From Tieghemostelium lacteum (taxonomy: Eukaryota), in the NCBI GenBank assembly GCA_001606155.1, contig LODT01000016.1, positions 449,870-513,869 on the forward strand: a stretch of 64,000 nucleotides of DNA, written 5' to 3'. Shown here one piece after another: positions 26,352-38,813 of this stretch. How positions within the stretch are numbered: the stretch's first letter is position 1; each line of letters opens with the position of its first letter. The notes beneath the pieces are model-generated. The model ran no database searches. It worked only from the letters and a program-made list of their open reading frames with translations, and was not told the origin of the DNA. The translations under genes and the position numbers were made by a program.

Positions 26352-26670
26352 CAGTTAGAATCATAGTTTATCAATCAAGATTTTTTATAATTTCTTAGTG
26401 GTAACATACGTTGTTTTAAAAGAACAAAAGTTCTTACTTATAACATCCCAAATAATATCATCAGATTGCATTTGTGTTTATGTGTATAAATATTAAATAT
26501 TAACCTAAAGAAAATAGATTAATTTGAGTGGGCTTTTGATAAAATAAAAAACGAAAGAAAGTTTTTAGTGGGAGTCGTCTTTTTTTAATTTTTTTTTTTT
26601 TAATTTTTTTTTTTTTGAAATTTTGCATTCTGATCAGAAGTAGGGATATTGCAAATAGTTGTTACAGAAA

Positions 26671-27244
26671 ATGTCAAATCTATTTGGTGGAAGATTTTTA
26701 AAAGACGGTCTATTTGCAATTGCAAAATGGAAATATATTAAAGGTGATAAAATACAGATTATATCAGGTAGAGATAAAGGAAAACAAGGAATTGTAAAAT
26801 CAGTCAATAGAAAACACAATAATGTCATAGTTGAAGGTCTAAAATTGATTAGAAAACAAACAAAGTCATCTAAGCAACAAAGAGCAACAACATATACAAA
26901 AGAATCACCAATTCACTATTCCAATTTAGCACACATAGATCCAAAATACAATGTACCATGTAAAGTTAGATTCCAATTAATCGATGGAGTTAGAGAAAGA
27001 GTTTCAAAAATTACAAATACAATTATACCAAAACCATCTTTAGAAAAATATAAGTCTTGGAAGAAAGATAATATCGGTATGTTTCCTCAATTCTATCCTC
27101 ACTTTCTCTCTTTTGGACTTTGTATTTATACTAACACTACTTACAATTCATATAGATGGTGTTTTAGATACTCAACCTCAATATGTTAACCAAAAGACTT
27201 ATGATGGTCTTATCAATCACATTGACCCAAGACCAACTATTTAA
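26671..27244 (+). CDS. mitochondrial ribosomal protein L24 (uL24m, KOW domain); exons 26671..27076 and 27156..27244
   Basis: KOW motif GDKIQIISGRDKGKQGIVKSV, then ...RVSKITNTIIPKP resembling MRPL24. GTATGT donor at 27077; intron with TACTAAC; catatAG acceptor. Confidence 0.65.
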
Positions 27245-27830
27245 AGAAAATAAAAAGTTGGTTTTATTTATATATAGTTATAGTGGTAGATAGAAGATAC
27301 AGTTTGTAAATGAAATAATAATTCAATTATTGTTTTTTTTTTGTAATTATAACAAAGAAAGGATTCAAATAGTACAAAATTCAAATACTATGCAATATTT
27401 AATCAATGAATATAGCAATTAATTGAGAACCTTCTAAGAAATCATACTCACTACAAAATAAGATACAATTCAAATTTCAAATTAAATAAGTCAGCATACA
27501 ATAATTTCCTGATTCCTTGCTATTTTCTAAACTCTCAATTATATAAACTAGAATAGTAGAGTTTGAAGATAAAATGGAAGTCACAAAGGTATCCTTCTGA
27601 GATCAAAACTTTATTGAAATAGAATCTCAGAAAGAAACTGATAATTATGAACATTGTGAACATGGTTTCAAATTTAATTAGATTGAGAATGAATACAGAG
27701 ATGATTAATATATAGATATATAAATTGGAACAAATATTTTTATTATTGTATTGATATTTAATTAAAATTGAATTGATAAAACTGATAAAATATGATATTG
27801 ATAATGTAAGTGATAAATACCAAAAGCTAA

Positions 27831-29144
27831 TTAATGTTTAGCAGCAGATGGTTTTGATTTTGAGAATTGAATTGTATTATCCTCCTTGATTGTAAATCTC
27901 TTACAATTGATAACTTTTTGGAATTTGTCATCTTGGAAATCAGAATTTAATAGTGATTGAGTGTGTTGCTTCAATACTTCAATGGATACTTGTCCATTCT
28001 GATGAACAAAGTTATTTACAATTCCATTTATATTAGCTTTTCTTTCAGAATGATTTCCACTAGCTTGCTTTTTATCAAGTTTCTCTTGTCTTTTTTGTTC
28101 TCTGATTTGCTTTCTATCAAGTTTCTCTTCTTCTTTTTGCTCTGGTTTAGAATCATCATTAGTATTGGAGGCTATTGGCTTTTCTTTTCTTTCCAATCTC
28201 TCTTGTTTCTTTTGTTCTCTGAGTTGTTTTCTTTCAAGTTTCTTTTGTTTTTTCAAATCTTTTTTAACTTCATCAACTTGTTGAGATTGGCTAGTTGATT
28301 CAGTTTCTTCAACTTTTTGTTGACTGAGTTGACTAATGAAATCATTGGTTGAAATTAAGATTTCATTTGAAGGAGAGGTTGAAGTTAATTTTTCAGGAAG
28401 TTGAAGTGTTGGTAACTGTTGAATATCACTATCATTATTATTTGGTTGTGTCTTTAGTTGTCTTTTCTCCAATTTTACCAATTTTCTTTGTTCCTTGAGC
28501 TGTTTTCTCTCAAGTTTGAGTTTATCATCATGAGAAAGAACATTAGCATCTTTAGTTTTAAGATCATTCTTGAGTTGTTTTCTCTCGAATCTTTCTTTCT
28601 TTCTTTGTTCTTTTAATTGATTTCTATAAACCTTTTCTTGATCTTTTTGAGAATCAATAGAATCAACAACTGAAGAGTTTATTTGTTCCTTCTTTAGTTG
28701 CTTTCTTTCCAATCTCTCTTGTTTTCTTTGTTCTCTTAGTTGTTTCTTTTCAAGATATTCAGAATCACTATCACCTTGTTTTCTTTGTTCTTTTTTAAGA
28801 GCTCTCAATTGTTTTCTGGAATTAAGAGAATCACCACTATTGGTTGTAGTGGGTGTTCTTTCTTGAGAATTAGAACTAATGACTACAGGTTGAACATCTT
28901 GAATGGATAAAGAAGCTAACTTGTTGAGTTCTTGAGCACTAGAATCAATGTTACTGTTTTGCTTCTGTTGAATTTTTAACAATCTAGATTGTAATTTTTC
29001 AATTTTTTGTTGATTCTTTACATTCTCTTCTTGATTATCTGCTAAGAATTGGATTTTTGATTGGATTTTTTCAATTTTGAAAATTCCTTTGTTGTTTTTG
29101 TTTACAATTTTGTTTAATTTAGTATTATTATTATTGTTTTCCAT
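27831..29144 (-). CDS. charged coiled-coil protein with iterated (L)ERKQLKEQRKxERLERK repeats; hypothetical
   Basis: 437-aa ORF. At least six copies of the ERKQL(K/R)EQ(R/K)K(Q/L)(E/V)(R/K)LE(R/K)K motif separated by Ser/Thr/Asn-rich linkers. No known family recognised. Confidence 0.5.
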   Translation of the reverse strand: MENNNNNTKLNKIVNKNNKGIFKIEKIQSKIQFLADNQEENVKNQQKIEKLQSRLLKIQQKQNSNIDSSAQELNKLASLSIQDVQPVVISSNSQERTPTTTNSGDSLNSRKQLRALKKEQRKQGDSDSEYLEKKQLREQRKQERLERKQLKKEQINSSVVDSIDSQKDQEKVYRNQLKEQRKKERFERKQLKNDLKTKDANVLSHDDKLKLERKQLKEQRKLVKLEKRQLKTQPNNNDSDIQQLPTLQLPEKLTSTSPSNEILISTNDFISQLSQQKVEETESTSQSQQVDEVKKDLKKQKKLERKQLREQKKQERLERKEKPIASNTNDDSKPEQKEEEKLDRKQIREQKRQEKLDKKQASGNHSERKANINGIVNNFVHQNGQVSIEVLKQHTQSLLNSDFQDDKFQKVINCKRFTIKEDNTIQFSKSKPSAAKH

Positions 29145-29692
29145 TTTGTTTGATATTATTAATTGATTGTTGTTTGTTAATTACTGTTGTTTTTAAATGA
29201 TAATAATAATAATTAATTTAAATAATTCACAAAAAACTCAAAAATGCAAGAAATGAATATTTCTCACAAAAAAAGAGTTTTATTATATTTTTAAGATTAT
29301 ATTGAGGAATATCAAATAATAGAAAGCTTAATAGTACGAAAAAGATTAATATACCTTAAACAAATAATAACAGGTAAGAATTCAATAAAGGTAGAAAAAG
29401 GTAACGGTTAGAATTATGTGTTTCAATTGATAACCAGGATTTTGAATTTAAGTACAGATCTGATTACTTGGTTTCTAAGGATTCTATTAAAAGATGAGGT
29501 GATACCAAAATATAACTGGTAGGAAAAAACTTTTTTAATGGTATGACCTTTTATAAATATAAATAAAAATTATGTCATTGGAACACATAAAAATTATACA
29601 AAGTGTTTATATAAAGAATAATTTTTTTTTTTTTATAATAATAATAACAATAACTACAACAACTATAATACACTAGTAATAATATTGATAAA

Positions 29693-30375
29693 ATGAGTAT
29701 ATTTAGAAGAATTTGTCATCCAGGTTTTTATGCTAAATTTAAAATTCATGAAGTTCCTAATAATGGATGGCATCATCATGGTAGATGTTTTTCTACATCA
29801 AGAATAAATCTTAGTAATAGTAATACTCCTTCTGAAACTAATAATTCAGCTAAATCTGATAGTAGTCACAGTATGTATTTATAAGAGTGGGGAAATATTA
29901 TAAAAACAATTTTATATTAATTTAAATTATTTCTAAGATTCATTCTTTGATAGATGTGTTGAAAAATTCACAAAGAAATGGTATGAACATGATGATTTTG
30001 AAAAGGTATCAGAATTCTTTGACCAAGCTGAAAATGAACTTTATAAAGGTAAAGGAAGTAGATTCCCAAGAACTCATCAAGAGGAATCAGAAAGTGAATA
30101 TAAAATCAATTTTGAATTACCAGGTATGAGTAAATCTGATGTTTCCATTCATTGGAAATCAGGTAATACTCTAGTCTTAACTGCCAACAAACAAGTTGAA
30201 GAAGTATCACAAGATAAAAAAATCATTTAAATCCTATTTATCATCATTCAACAAAACCATTAAATTCCCAAAAGAAGTTGAATCATCTAAAATTGCTGCA
30301 AAGATGGATAATGGTCTATTAGAAATTCAAATTCCAAAGAAAATTGAAGATCTAAAAAATATTAAAATAGATTAA
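29693..30375 (+). CDS. small heat-shock protein (alpha-crystallin/Hsp20 domain) with an apparent +1 frameshift in an A7 run, so either a pseudogene or a sequencing error; exons 29693..29870 and 29938..30375
   Basis: Exon 2 encodes ...YKINFELPGMSKSDVSIHWKSGNTLVLTANKQVEEVSQDKK. The frame breaks at AAAAAAA (30216-30222). The shifted frame continues SFKSYLSSFNKTIKFPKEVESSKIAAKMDNGLLEIQIPKKIEDLKNIKID, the canonical ACD C-terminal half, to the stop at 30373-30375. Removing one A restores a single ORF. Confidence 0.55.
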
Positions 30376-30682
30376 ACTCTATCACTAAGTCTCCTATTTT
30401 CTGTAATTTTTAATATAAATAAACTTTTTCATTTAATTTTACAATAAAAAGTTGCAAGTATTTAAATGATTGTTGTGGATAAAAAGTTTAAAAGAAGAAT
30501 AAAACATTTACTCAGAAGAATATTTATATGTTGATTAATTTACAATTTTGAATTTATTTTAAAAGTTTTGTTTTAAAATATACTGTCTTAAAGAATATTT
30601 GTATTATATTGTTGTTGTTTTTTTAAAGTGGTGTTGAATGATTGATTATTCAATTGAACTAGAGTGGGAAATTGGAAGTTGT

Positions 30683-33319
30683 TTACTTCTTTGGTGGTAC
30701 ACCTCCAATGAGACCATTTGCAGTGTTGAAGAGATTGATTGGTGAAGAACCATCAGTAATCATAAATGATTTAAGACCCAAACCTTGTAATAATTTAGCT
30801 TGCATTTCTGGACCAGCTTGAGCGATGGATTTAAGGGTATCTTGACCAATGGATTGAACCAATGATTTGAATTTAGAAGCTTCAATAGCAGAGATTTCTT
30901 TGGATTTGCTTAATTCCAAATCATCCAAAGCCTTCTTGTAGTTGAGTTCAGCTTCACGAGCTTGTTTCAATAAGGCAATTTCAGATTCAGAACGAATCTT
31001 ACTGGCTTGAGCTCTCAATTCAGCGTGTTTGACATTGGACTCAGCAGCAATAGAGTTGGCTTCAGCAGTAGCTTGAGCTTCAGCGGTAGCTTGACCAGAT
31101 GATTCAATGGTAGCAGATTGGGCTTGTAATTCAAGGAGTTCTTTACGAGCCATCTCAGCTTTAGCTTCATCAGTAATCTTTTGTCTTTCTAAACGACCAC
31201 GAGCTTCTTGTTCGAGTTTTTCAGCATCATGTCTAGCAGCAGCTTCTTGTGATTTAGTGGTGATTTCAATAGCCAATTGTACAGATTTTTGGAGTGAGTC
31301 TCTGGTTCTTTGGTCAACTGGTTCGACAGATTGAATATCAATGTTGCTAATGACTAATAAGTTGCTGTTGAAGGCAAAGTTCTTACGAATGTTACCGTTT
31401 TCATCGGTACCAAAGACAGATTGTCTGATAACTTCAGCAGAACGTTTATGGAAATCATCGAAGGATACAGAAGCGACAGCACCTCTGACACGAGAGGCAA
31501 TAGCTTTACAAGAGTCACCAACAAAATCTGGGACTTGGAAGATCTTTTGAGCATCTTCTTTCTTGGTCTTGTCGACTTTGAATTCCCAATTGTATGATAA
31601 TTTCAAAGAGAGACGAGCATGATCAGAGGTTTCGACAATGACGATATCAGTCATGAAATCTGGACCGAGAGACAAGGCGATGGCTTTGATTTGATGTGGT
31701 CTCTTTGGTTTGTCACCAGAGAGTGAGAGAACAGTGAAATGTTCGTCTGGACCTAACATGACTAAATCTGGACCAAATACAACTCTTTGTTTCTTTTCTT
31801 TGTAATCGTAGATTTGGACAGCACTGTTATGTGGAGCTCTGTAAGTTACAACACGAGTTGGGTCACGGTCTTCAGTGTACTCGGAGAGGGACTCTTTAGC
31901 AAGAACTTCTTCGACAGTCTTTGGGAGTTCCTTGTGCCACAATTGTTCGTTGGCTTTCAACATGTAAGATTGACCGATAATGGATTGAACTTTACCAGAT
32001 TTGATGTCTCTGATATAGATACCTTCATTGTCGTCCAATGGGATTGAAGATCTCTTTTCAACGACTTCAACTTGGATTTGTGGTACGTAATCAGTTGGAC
32101 CATAGATCATCCAAAGGTCACCAGCAAGATGAGTTTGACCAGATTGTTCAGTGAAGGTTTCTTTGGCTTTCAATAACAAAGCTTCTTGTTCACCGAGAAC
32201 ATAGACATTGAAGATCTTTCCACCTTCTAATGATTCACCTGGACGTAAAAAGAAGGAAACTTCACCTTTTCTAAGTTCCTTTTGACCGAGTTGTGGTTTA
32301 CCAGATGGACCAATTGGATCTAAAACAACACAATATTGTCTGTTGTTGAGAGTTGTGATATTGACTTCACCAACAACTTGTTCGTAGACATCTGGAATAT
32401 GGGTTTCATTGTCTTTGGAGGTTACTAACCATTCCTCACCAGCCTTTCTTTGTACAGATGGTTTACGAGTTTCATCAACAAAGGTCTTGGTAGCTTTCAA
32501 ATGAAGAGCTTTCTTGTCAGTTAAGATTACAGCGTTAACAACTTCAATAACCTTTTCATCGATACCTGGGAGATAGGCACCTTGTTGACGGACTAACCAT
32601 TCCTCACCAGCTTTTCTTTGGACTTTGAATTTATCCAAACAGGCTTTATTGGCTCTGACACGAAGAGCTTGGTTTGGTGCAATGATGGTAGCTTTGAGCT
32701 CTTCAACAATTTGAACTTCAACTTTTGGTTCATATGTACCTGGACCTTCATAGAGCCATTCATCACCAGCATTATGTAAGACACCTTTATCATCAGTGTA
32801 GTCTCTAGTGGCTTTTAATTTAAGAGCTTTCAATGGTGGAATAACAGTCAATGGAGTAACTTTTCCAGTGAGTCTCTCACCTGGGTATAATGGGAATGGT
32901 TCTTGAGCGAAACGAATTTCTTCATCACCATGCTTTAATTTAACTTGACCATATTCATCTAAAACTAATTGTTTCTTTTCATCACGTAAAACTGGGTTAG
33001 AGATGGTACAGTAATTTCTTGGTGGAATTTGAACCATGTTTTCTGGTCCCAAAATGATCTTTTCATGATCTTGTCTGGTGAAAGTTTGTGGACCAATCTC
33101 AATACGAGTAACACTTGAATTGTTATCTAATACATGAATGAATTGGTATGGTTTAATTCTAATAACTACATTAATAAAAATTTTAAAAAAAAAAAATAGT
33201 TAGATATAATCTATTTTTAAATGTGTGATCCATCACTTTTAATTCCATTTTTCTAGTGGGGCTGTTATATTTGATTATAGTGGGTTATACATTTACATAC
33301 CTGAATTTACATCTGACAT
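30683..33319 (-). CDS. major vault protein; exons 33319..33301 (19 nt) and 33165..30683
   Basis: MSDVNS|[53 protein letters not shown]... matches the MVP N-terminus, followed by MVP repeats and the shoulder and coiled-coil regions. GTATGT donor; 135-nt intron; tgtAG acceptor. It could be an mvpA- or mvpB-type paralogue. Confidence 0.9.
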
Positions 33320-34026
33320 GATTTAGAGTATTGTATTAGATGATATATAGATAAATTAAATTTGATTGATAAAAAAAAAAAAGATTTTTATTGAGAGAGT
33401 CAAACAGACAATAATAAATGAAAAAAAAAATTTTAGATTTTTATGTTTTTTTCAAACTGATTAAAATTCTGATTTTTTTCAGGTTTAATAATTTCTACGA
33501 AAATATTTTGATTATAATTAAAATTTCTTATTATCTTTTAAAATTCAAATTTCTCACAGTTATTAAAAATTAGGTTACTTAAATTGATATCATAAAAATT
33601 GTTTTTTCTGTTTTACCATCACAATAACAACAAACATCAAACAATTTAAATTTCTTTAAAATTGCAATTTTTGTTGTTCCAATTGAATATTTTGGAGGTA
33701 CTTTTGAAAACATGTATCCTTAGCTTTACAATTCTGATCAACAATTTCTTTCTGAGTGATGAAATTGAATTCCGGAATTTATAACTTTTCTCATTTTACG
33801 TTGTTTCTTAAATATAATAAGAAAACCTACATAGTCTATACAATAGTTCCAACACCTTTACATCCTGGAAATGGATCAAACATATAAATAAATTTGGATT
33901 TAAAAATAAAACTTCAAATGGTCGCACATTAGCTGAATGAAAACTGTTTTACAACTTATAATTTTAATTAAATTTTAATTCAAATTAATACATATAAGTA
34001 GTCCAAGTTATTTAATTATAAATTGA

Positions 34027-36436
34027 TTATTGATTACTAATTTTATTGATAATTTGCATAAGAGCACTATTATTCAGTAATATTGGTTTGATTTGATTGA
34101 AGTACTTTCTAGAGACTGATTTGAGGTAACCAGTGATCAATTTGAGATTGAGGGGGTGAGATTGAACAACAGAGGATTGAATTTGGTCATTGAGACCATT
34201 GAGCAAGGTGATAAAGAGTTGTTGTTGCTCTTGTAGTGCTGAGTCTAGTTTTTGTTGAATTTCAGCAGAGTCCTTGTTAGCTTCGAGATCTTGAGAGAGA
34301 ACATCAATGACAATCATTGTCTTTTGAATACTGTTATGAATAATCTCCCATGTCGATGTCTCTGTGATTTGACTGTAATTCTCAGGTCTAAAGAAATACT
34401 GAATGGTGTCCTGTGGATTGAGTATCTTAAATGTCACAAATTTATCAATGACAATAACCTGATGTTGTTGAGAATTTCTCCAGAATTCAAGAATGGATCT
34501 AATGCATTCTTGGTGATCTGCAGGAGTCTTAAAGACAGCTTTGAATAATGTGATATATCTCTCAATTGCATAGGTCAAATGACTGAAACTTGTCACACCG
34601 ATATGTAAGATACATTTAGTCAACAGTTCAACAACATTCACAGATGCAGGGATATTGGCAATATGTGAAATGATTCCATCTAAAGGCTCTTTAGTTGTGA
34701 ATAGTAACAGTAGTTTATGTGATTCTGATACCAATTCCTTGTTCTCCATAGGTTCCACAGTCTTATCACCCATAGAAACATCAGTAGTCTCTTGATAGAA
34801 TTTAAAACATGGTGAGACACTAGGTGGGAGATAAGCATGATATTCCAAAGGTAATACAGATTTGATCTTTTCCAGATAAGACAAACGAACTATGGATTCC
34901 AAAACTCTCTTGATAAAGTATCTCTTGAGCAATGTACTCTGATCAGCAGAATCTCCAACTAAAATTGGTTCCCAATCATTCCAAATCCACTTGTAATCAA
35001 AGTTTGATAAATGATGAGCAAAGGCACCAGCAAATCTATCAATAATTTCAATATCCAATTGATCCAATGTCTCAAAGAGATGATTAGTTGCAAAGGCAAA
35101 TGCAGGTATAATCGATTGCTGTGTTTTGAATAAATCAATAAACAATACACTATAGTAGATTGGCTTAAATGTAGATTCTGGTAATCTAAATATCTCTGAG
35201 AGAATACATTCAACTACAATCTCATCAATTTCAAAGGTCACTGGTAAACTATAGAGAAATCTAGATGCCTCTCTATGATTACTATTGAAAAAGTACATTA
35301 TATCAACTAAATACTCTTCCACTATAAATTTCTCTATTGGTTTCATTGGTAGATCATCAATCAAACGAAAACATGATCCTGTGAATAATGGATATTCATA
35401 TTTCTACAGAATTCAAATTAGTACTCTACCATTGCCTGTATTTAGATAACATGTTGTTTAAAGATATACCTACTGAATCATCGGGAATTACTATAGGTGG
35501 TAATATATGTTGTGTTGCTGTATTTAATACCTCTTGGAAATGTAAATAGGGTTGAAGAATAGAATCAACATGCCAATTACTTTCGTCTCTTAGAGATTTA
35601 ATATATTTTAAAATGGACTCTAATTTATCATCCGATTCTTTGTATGGTTGATAAAATTTCTTTTCACTGTTACTTCTGGTACTAAAGTAGCTTTCAACTT
35701 CCTCAACCAATGCATTTAATTGTCCTAAATTAGTTTTTGAAAGTCTTTCACCAATCTATATTTCAATGAATTATTAAAATTATTAGAAAATTTGAATATT
35801 TTTAAAAAAAGTCTAGAACCTAGGGTGTGTGGGAAGATGAAGATACAATACCCAAGGTAAAGTTGCTAAAACTAAATATACATAATAATCTGATTTGTTT
35901 TGTGTGTAACTGTTACTATTCAAGAATGATAACAATGTTTCAAAGAGTTCAAAGATTGCAGTGATAGGTAGAACATTAGCATTAATTAACTCTGGAATAA
36001 ATCTAATTAATAATTTCAATTGATTAAACTGTTTCTTTAGCAATGCACTATTAATTTCATCTACTAATCTACAAACAACCTCTTTACCAAACTCTGCATT
36101 CTTTGCATTTATAATACCAACTATAGTTCCATAAATTGGTGTTTTATAAGGCAATTGTGATATACTATACTGGATATTAATATTCAAATTCTACATTTTA
36201 CTATCTATAGCTTTAACTTACCATTTAAATAGAATATTTTGAATAGCTTCTTTTTGAGTTGTAATATCATGTAAAAGTGCATTTACTAAACCATCTATAT
36301 TTGATTCTATTGCCGATGATGGTTTGTCGCCAATCTTAATGATCAATGATGTCAATCTGTTTTTTAGATCTTCATTCGAATCTACATGACCCCTATTGCC
36401 ACCTCTTGGATTAAAACCTCTATTTTGATATGACAT
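34027..36436 (-). CDS. ncbp1: nuclear cap-binding protein 80 kDa subunit (CBP80/NCBP1, MIF4G domains); exons 36436..36222, 36164..35852, 35755..35470, 35378..34027
   Basis: [31 protein letters not shown] aligns with human CBP80 [52 protein letters not shown] aligns with [46 protein letters not shown] aligns with [22 protein letters not shown]. Introns are 57, 96 and 91 nt with GT...AG boundaries, and all junctions are in frame. Confidence 0.85.
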
Positions 36437-36887
36437 ACTATAAATAGTTTTTTAATCTGTTGTTTGGCTCCAACAACAATCTTCGTGTCCAAAAATGAAA
36501 ATAAAAAAAAAAATTATTAATAAAAAAAAAACTCAAATGATATTTAAGAAATTAAATGTTTTTTAATTAGTGATGTATTGGCAATAAGCAATTTTTAATG
36601 AATATAGGTTCATCTTGAATAGCAGCTTTAGAGGAAAATTTTTGTGCCATTATCCAAAATTTAAGACAAACTTATATGCACCTTGGTGAACTTAAATAGT
36701 CCAATTTGGTTCTTTGTCAAAATCAACTTCTAAACTTGTTGAAAAATAGTTATATTTATTAGATTAATTATAATAAAATCAAAATATAAGATTTAAAATT
36801 ATTTATGGAATGGTGTTAATTGAAATTTCGTAAATGAAATTTTTTTTTTTTATATTTTTATTTAAATTTACTAGTAATGTAAATACA

Positions 36888-38144
36888 ATGTTAACACATA
36901 AACAGATTGCAAATAGAATTAAATCCAAAGGTCTAAAGAAACTTAAATGGTATTGTCAATTATGTGAAAAACAATGTAGAGATGAAAATGGATTTAAAGT
37001 AAGTTAATGTTAATACCTATTGAAGTTAATGCGAAGTACTAATATAGTTGTGTTATAGAACCATTGTTCGTCAGATGGACATCTTAAACAGATGGAAATC
37101 TATGAAAAGAAATCGGGATATATGCAACAACAGTTTTCTAATGATTTTGAAAAAGAGTTTCTAAAGTTGGTGTCTATAAGGTATCCTACAACTAGGATAT
37201 CTGCAAATCATGTTTATAATGAGTTTATAAAGGATAGAGATCATATTCATATGACAAGTACGAATTGGTCTTCACTGACAGAGTTTGTCAAACATTTAGG
37301 TAAAACTAGTAAATGTGTGGTTGAAGAGACACCTAGAGGTTGGTTTATAACCTACATAGACAGAGATCCTGAGGTATTAGCAAGACAGGAATTCAAAAAT
37401 AAAAAAGAACGTATGGAAATCTCACAAGAAGATAGAGAGAAATTAGAAATCAACAAGAAAATTGATAAATTGAATAAACTCTATGGAGAGAAGACAACTG
37501 AATATAAACCTACTGAACTAAATACACTGGATACTGCAAATATAAAACTAAAACTAAAGCCTCTTGAACTTACAACTACATCAACTACAACAATAACACC
37601 TTCAACAATGGTTTTTAAAGAACTACAATCTAATGATAATGAAGAGGAAGTAAATACAGGTCCTATTCAACTTAAACCAATGAAGAAAGTAACAGCGCTA
37701 GATGAAATTATGAAAAAAAATCAGATTAAATTCTCATTTAATAGTGGTAGTAAAGTAACTGAGATAAAGAAGGAAGAGGTAATAGAGGAAGATGAAGAGG
37801 ATGCTTGGATAAGAGAAGGTATTATAGTAAAGATTGTTGATAAGGATTTAGATAAATATTATAAACAAAAAGCTGTTGTTCAATCAATAGAATTAAAATA
37901 TTTGGCAAAAGTTACTTTATTGGATAGCCCAGGTATCAGTATGAAAATTGACCAAAACTTTTTAGAGACTGTAATACCTCCGAAAGGAGGTACAGTACTG
38001 GTACTTAAAGGAGCTTACAAAGGATGTAAAGCTAGACTTGTTGATATAAATGTAAATAGTTTCTCTGCAACTTTGGATTTGTTACAAGACACTCCCAAAA
38101 CCATCGAATTATCATACGAAGATTTTTCAAAATATGGTTTGTGA
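36888..38144 (+). CDS. KIN17 DNA/RNA-binding protein (C2H2 zinc finger, winged helix, KOW-like/SH3-like C-terminal); exons 36888..36998 and 37059..38144
   Basis: KGLKKLKWYCQLCEKQCRDENGFK|NHCSSDGHLKQM...HVYNEFIKDRDHIHMTSTNWSSLTEFVKHLGKTSKCVVEETPRGWFITYIDRDPE closely follows the KIN17 consensus. GTAAGT donor at 36999, ttatAG acceptor. Confidence 0.85.
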
Positions 38145-38813
38145 TGAAATTTCATTGAAACATTATCCTAAAAATATTTTTTCATTTTATTTTAATGAAA
38201 TCAGTGATTAATAGGAGATTTTGAAATAAATCACAACTAAAAAAAAATCAAGCAAAAAAAAAAGTACCAAATCACTTCACTTGTACTTTATTAAACAAAG
38301 ATATTTTATTTTTCCCATTGTTCCAATAGAATTATAATCAAAACTTTACCACTATTTATTAATTTTTTTAATTTTTTTTTTTTTTTTTTTTGGTTTTATT
38401 ATTTTTTGTCATTCATTTGTATTCAATTATTTAAAAAAAAGTAAATTAAGTTTACTTTTTTTGCTGGATATGAATATCTTTTCAGTTCAATTGATTGATC
38501 AATATAGAAAAGTTGTATACTGAAATCAATAGAAAATATAAAACTATTTATTATTTAAAGGAAAATTAAAAAAACAAACAAATATCACAAAGAAGGTAAC
38601 AGACAACAAACATCAATCAAAAGAAACCCAACCAAACAAAAAAAAAAGAAAGGAAAAAAAGACAAAAACCTAAAATTAAATTTCAATCAAAGAAATAACT
38701 GTAGAATATAGTCGACTGTTTTTGTATCTTTTTTTTTAAAATATAAACTCAAGAAGAGGAAGGGAGGTTCTAGCAGAAAGAAGAGATATAGGAGGAGAAC
38801 GTGTGTATATAAT

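Noticed and set aside
27957-28298. 113-aa Phe/Leu-rich ORF on the + strand
   Set aside because: Antisense of the K/E repeat gene (AAG/GAA codons read as CTT/TTC).
31107-32047. Several 60-90-aa ORFs on both strands inside the MVP gene
   Set aside because: Internal or antisense to a continuous, strongly conserved MVP reading frame.
34252-35213. ORFs 34252..34548(+) and 34959..35213(-) within the CBP80 last exon
   Set aside because: Alternative-frame or antisense ORFs inside a conserved exon.
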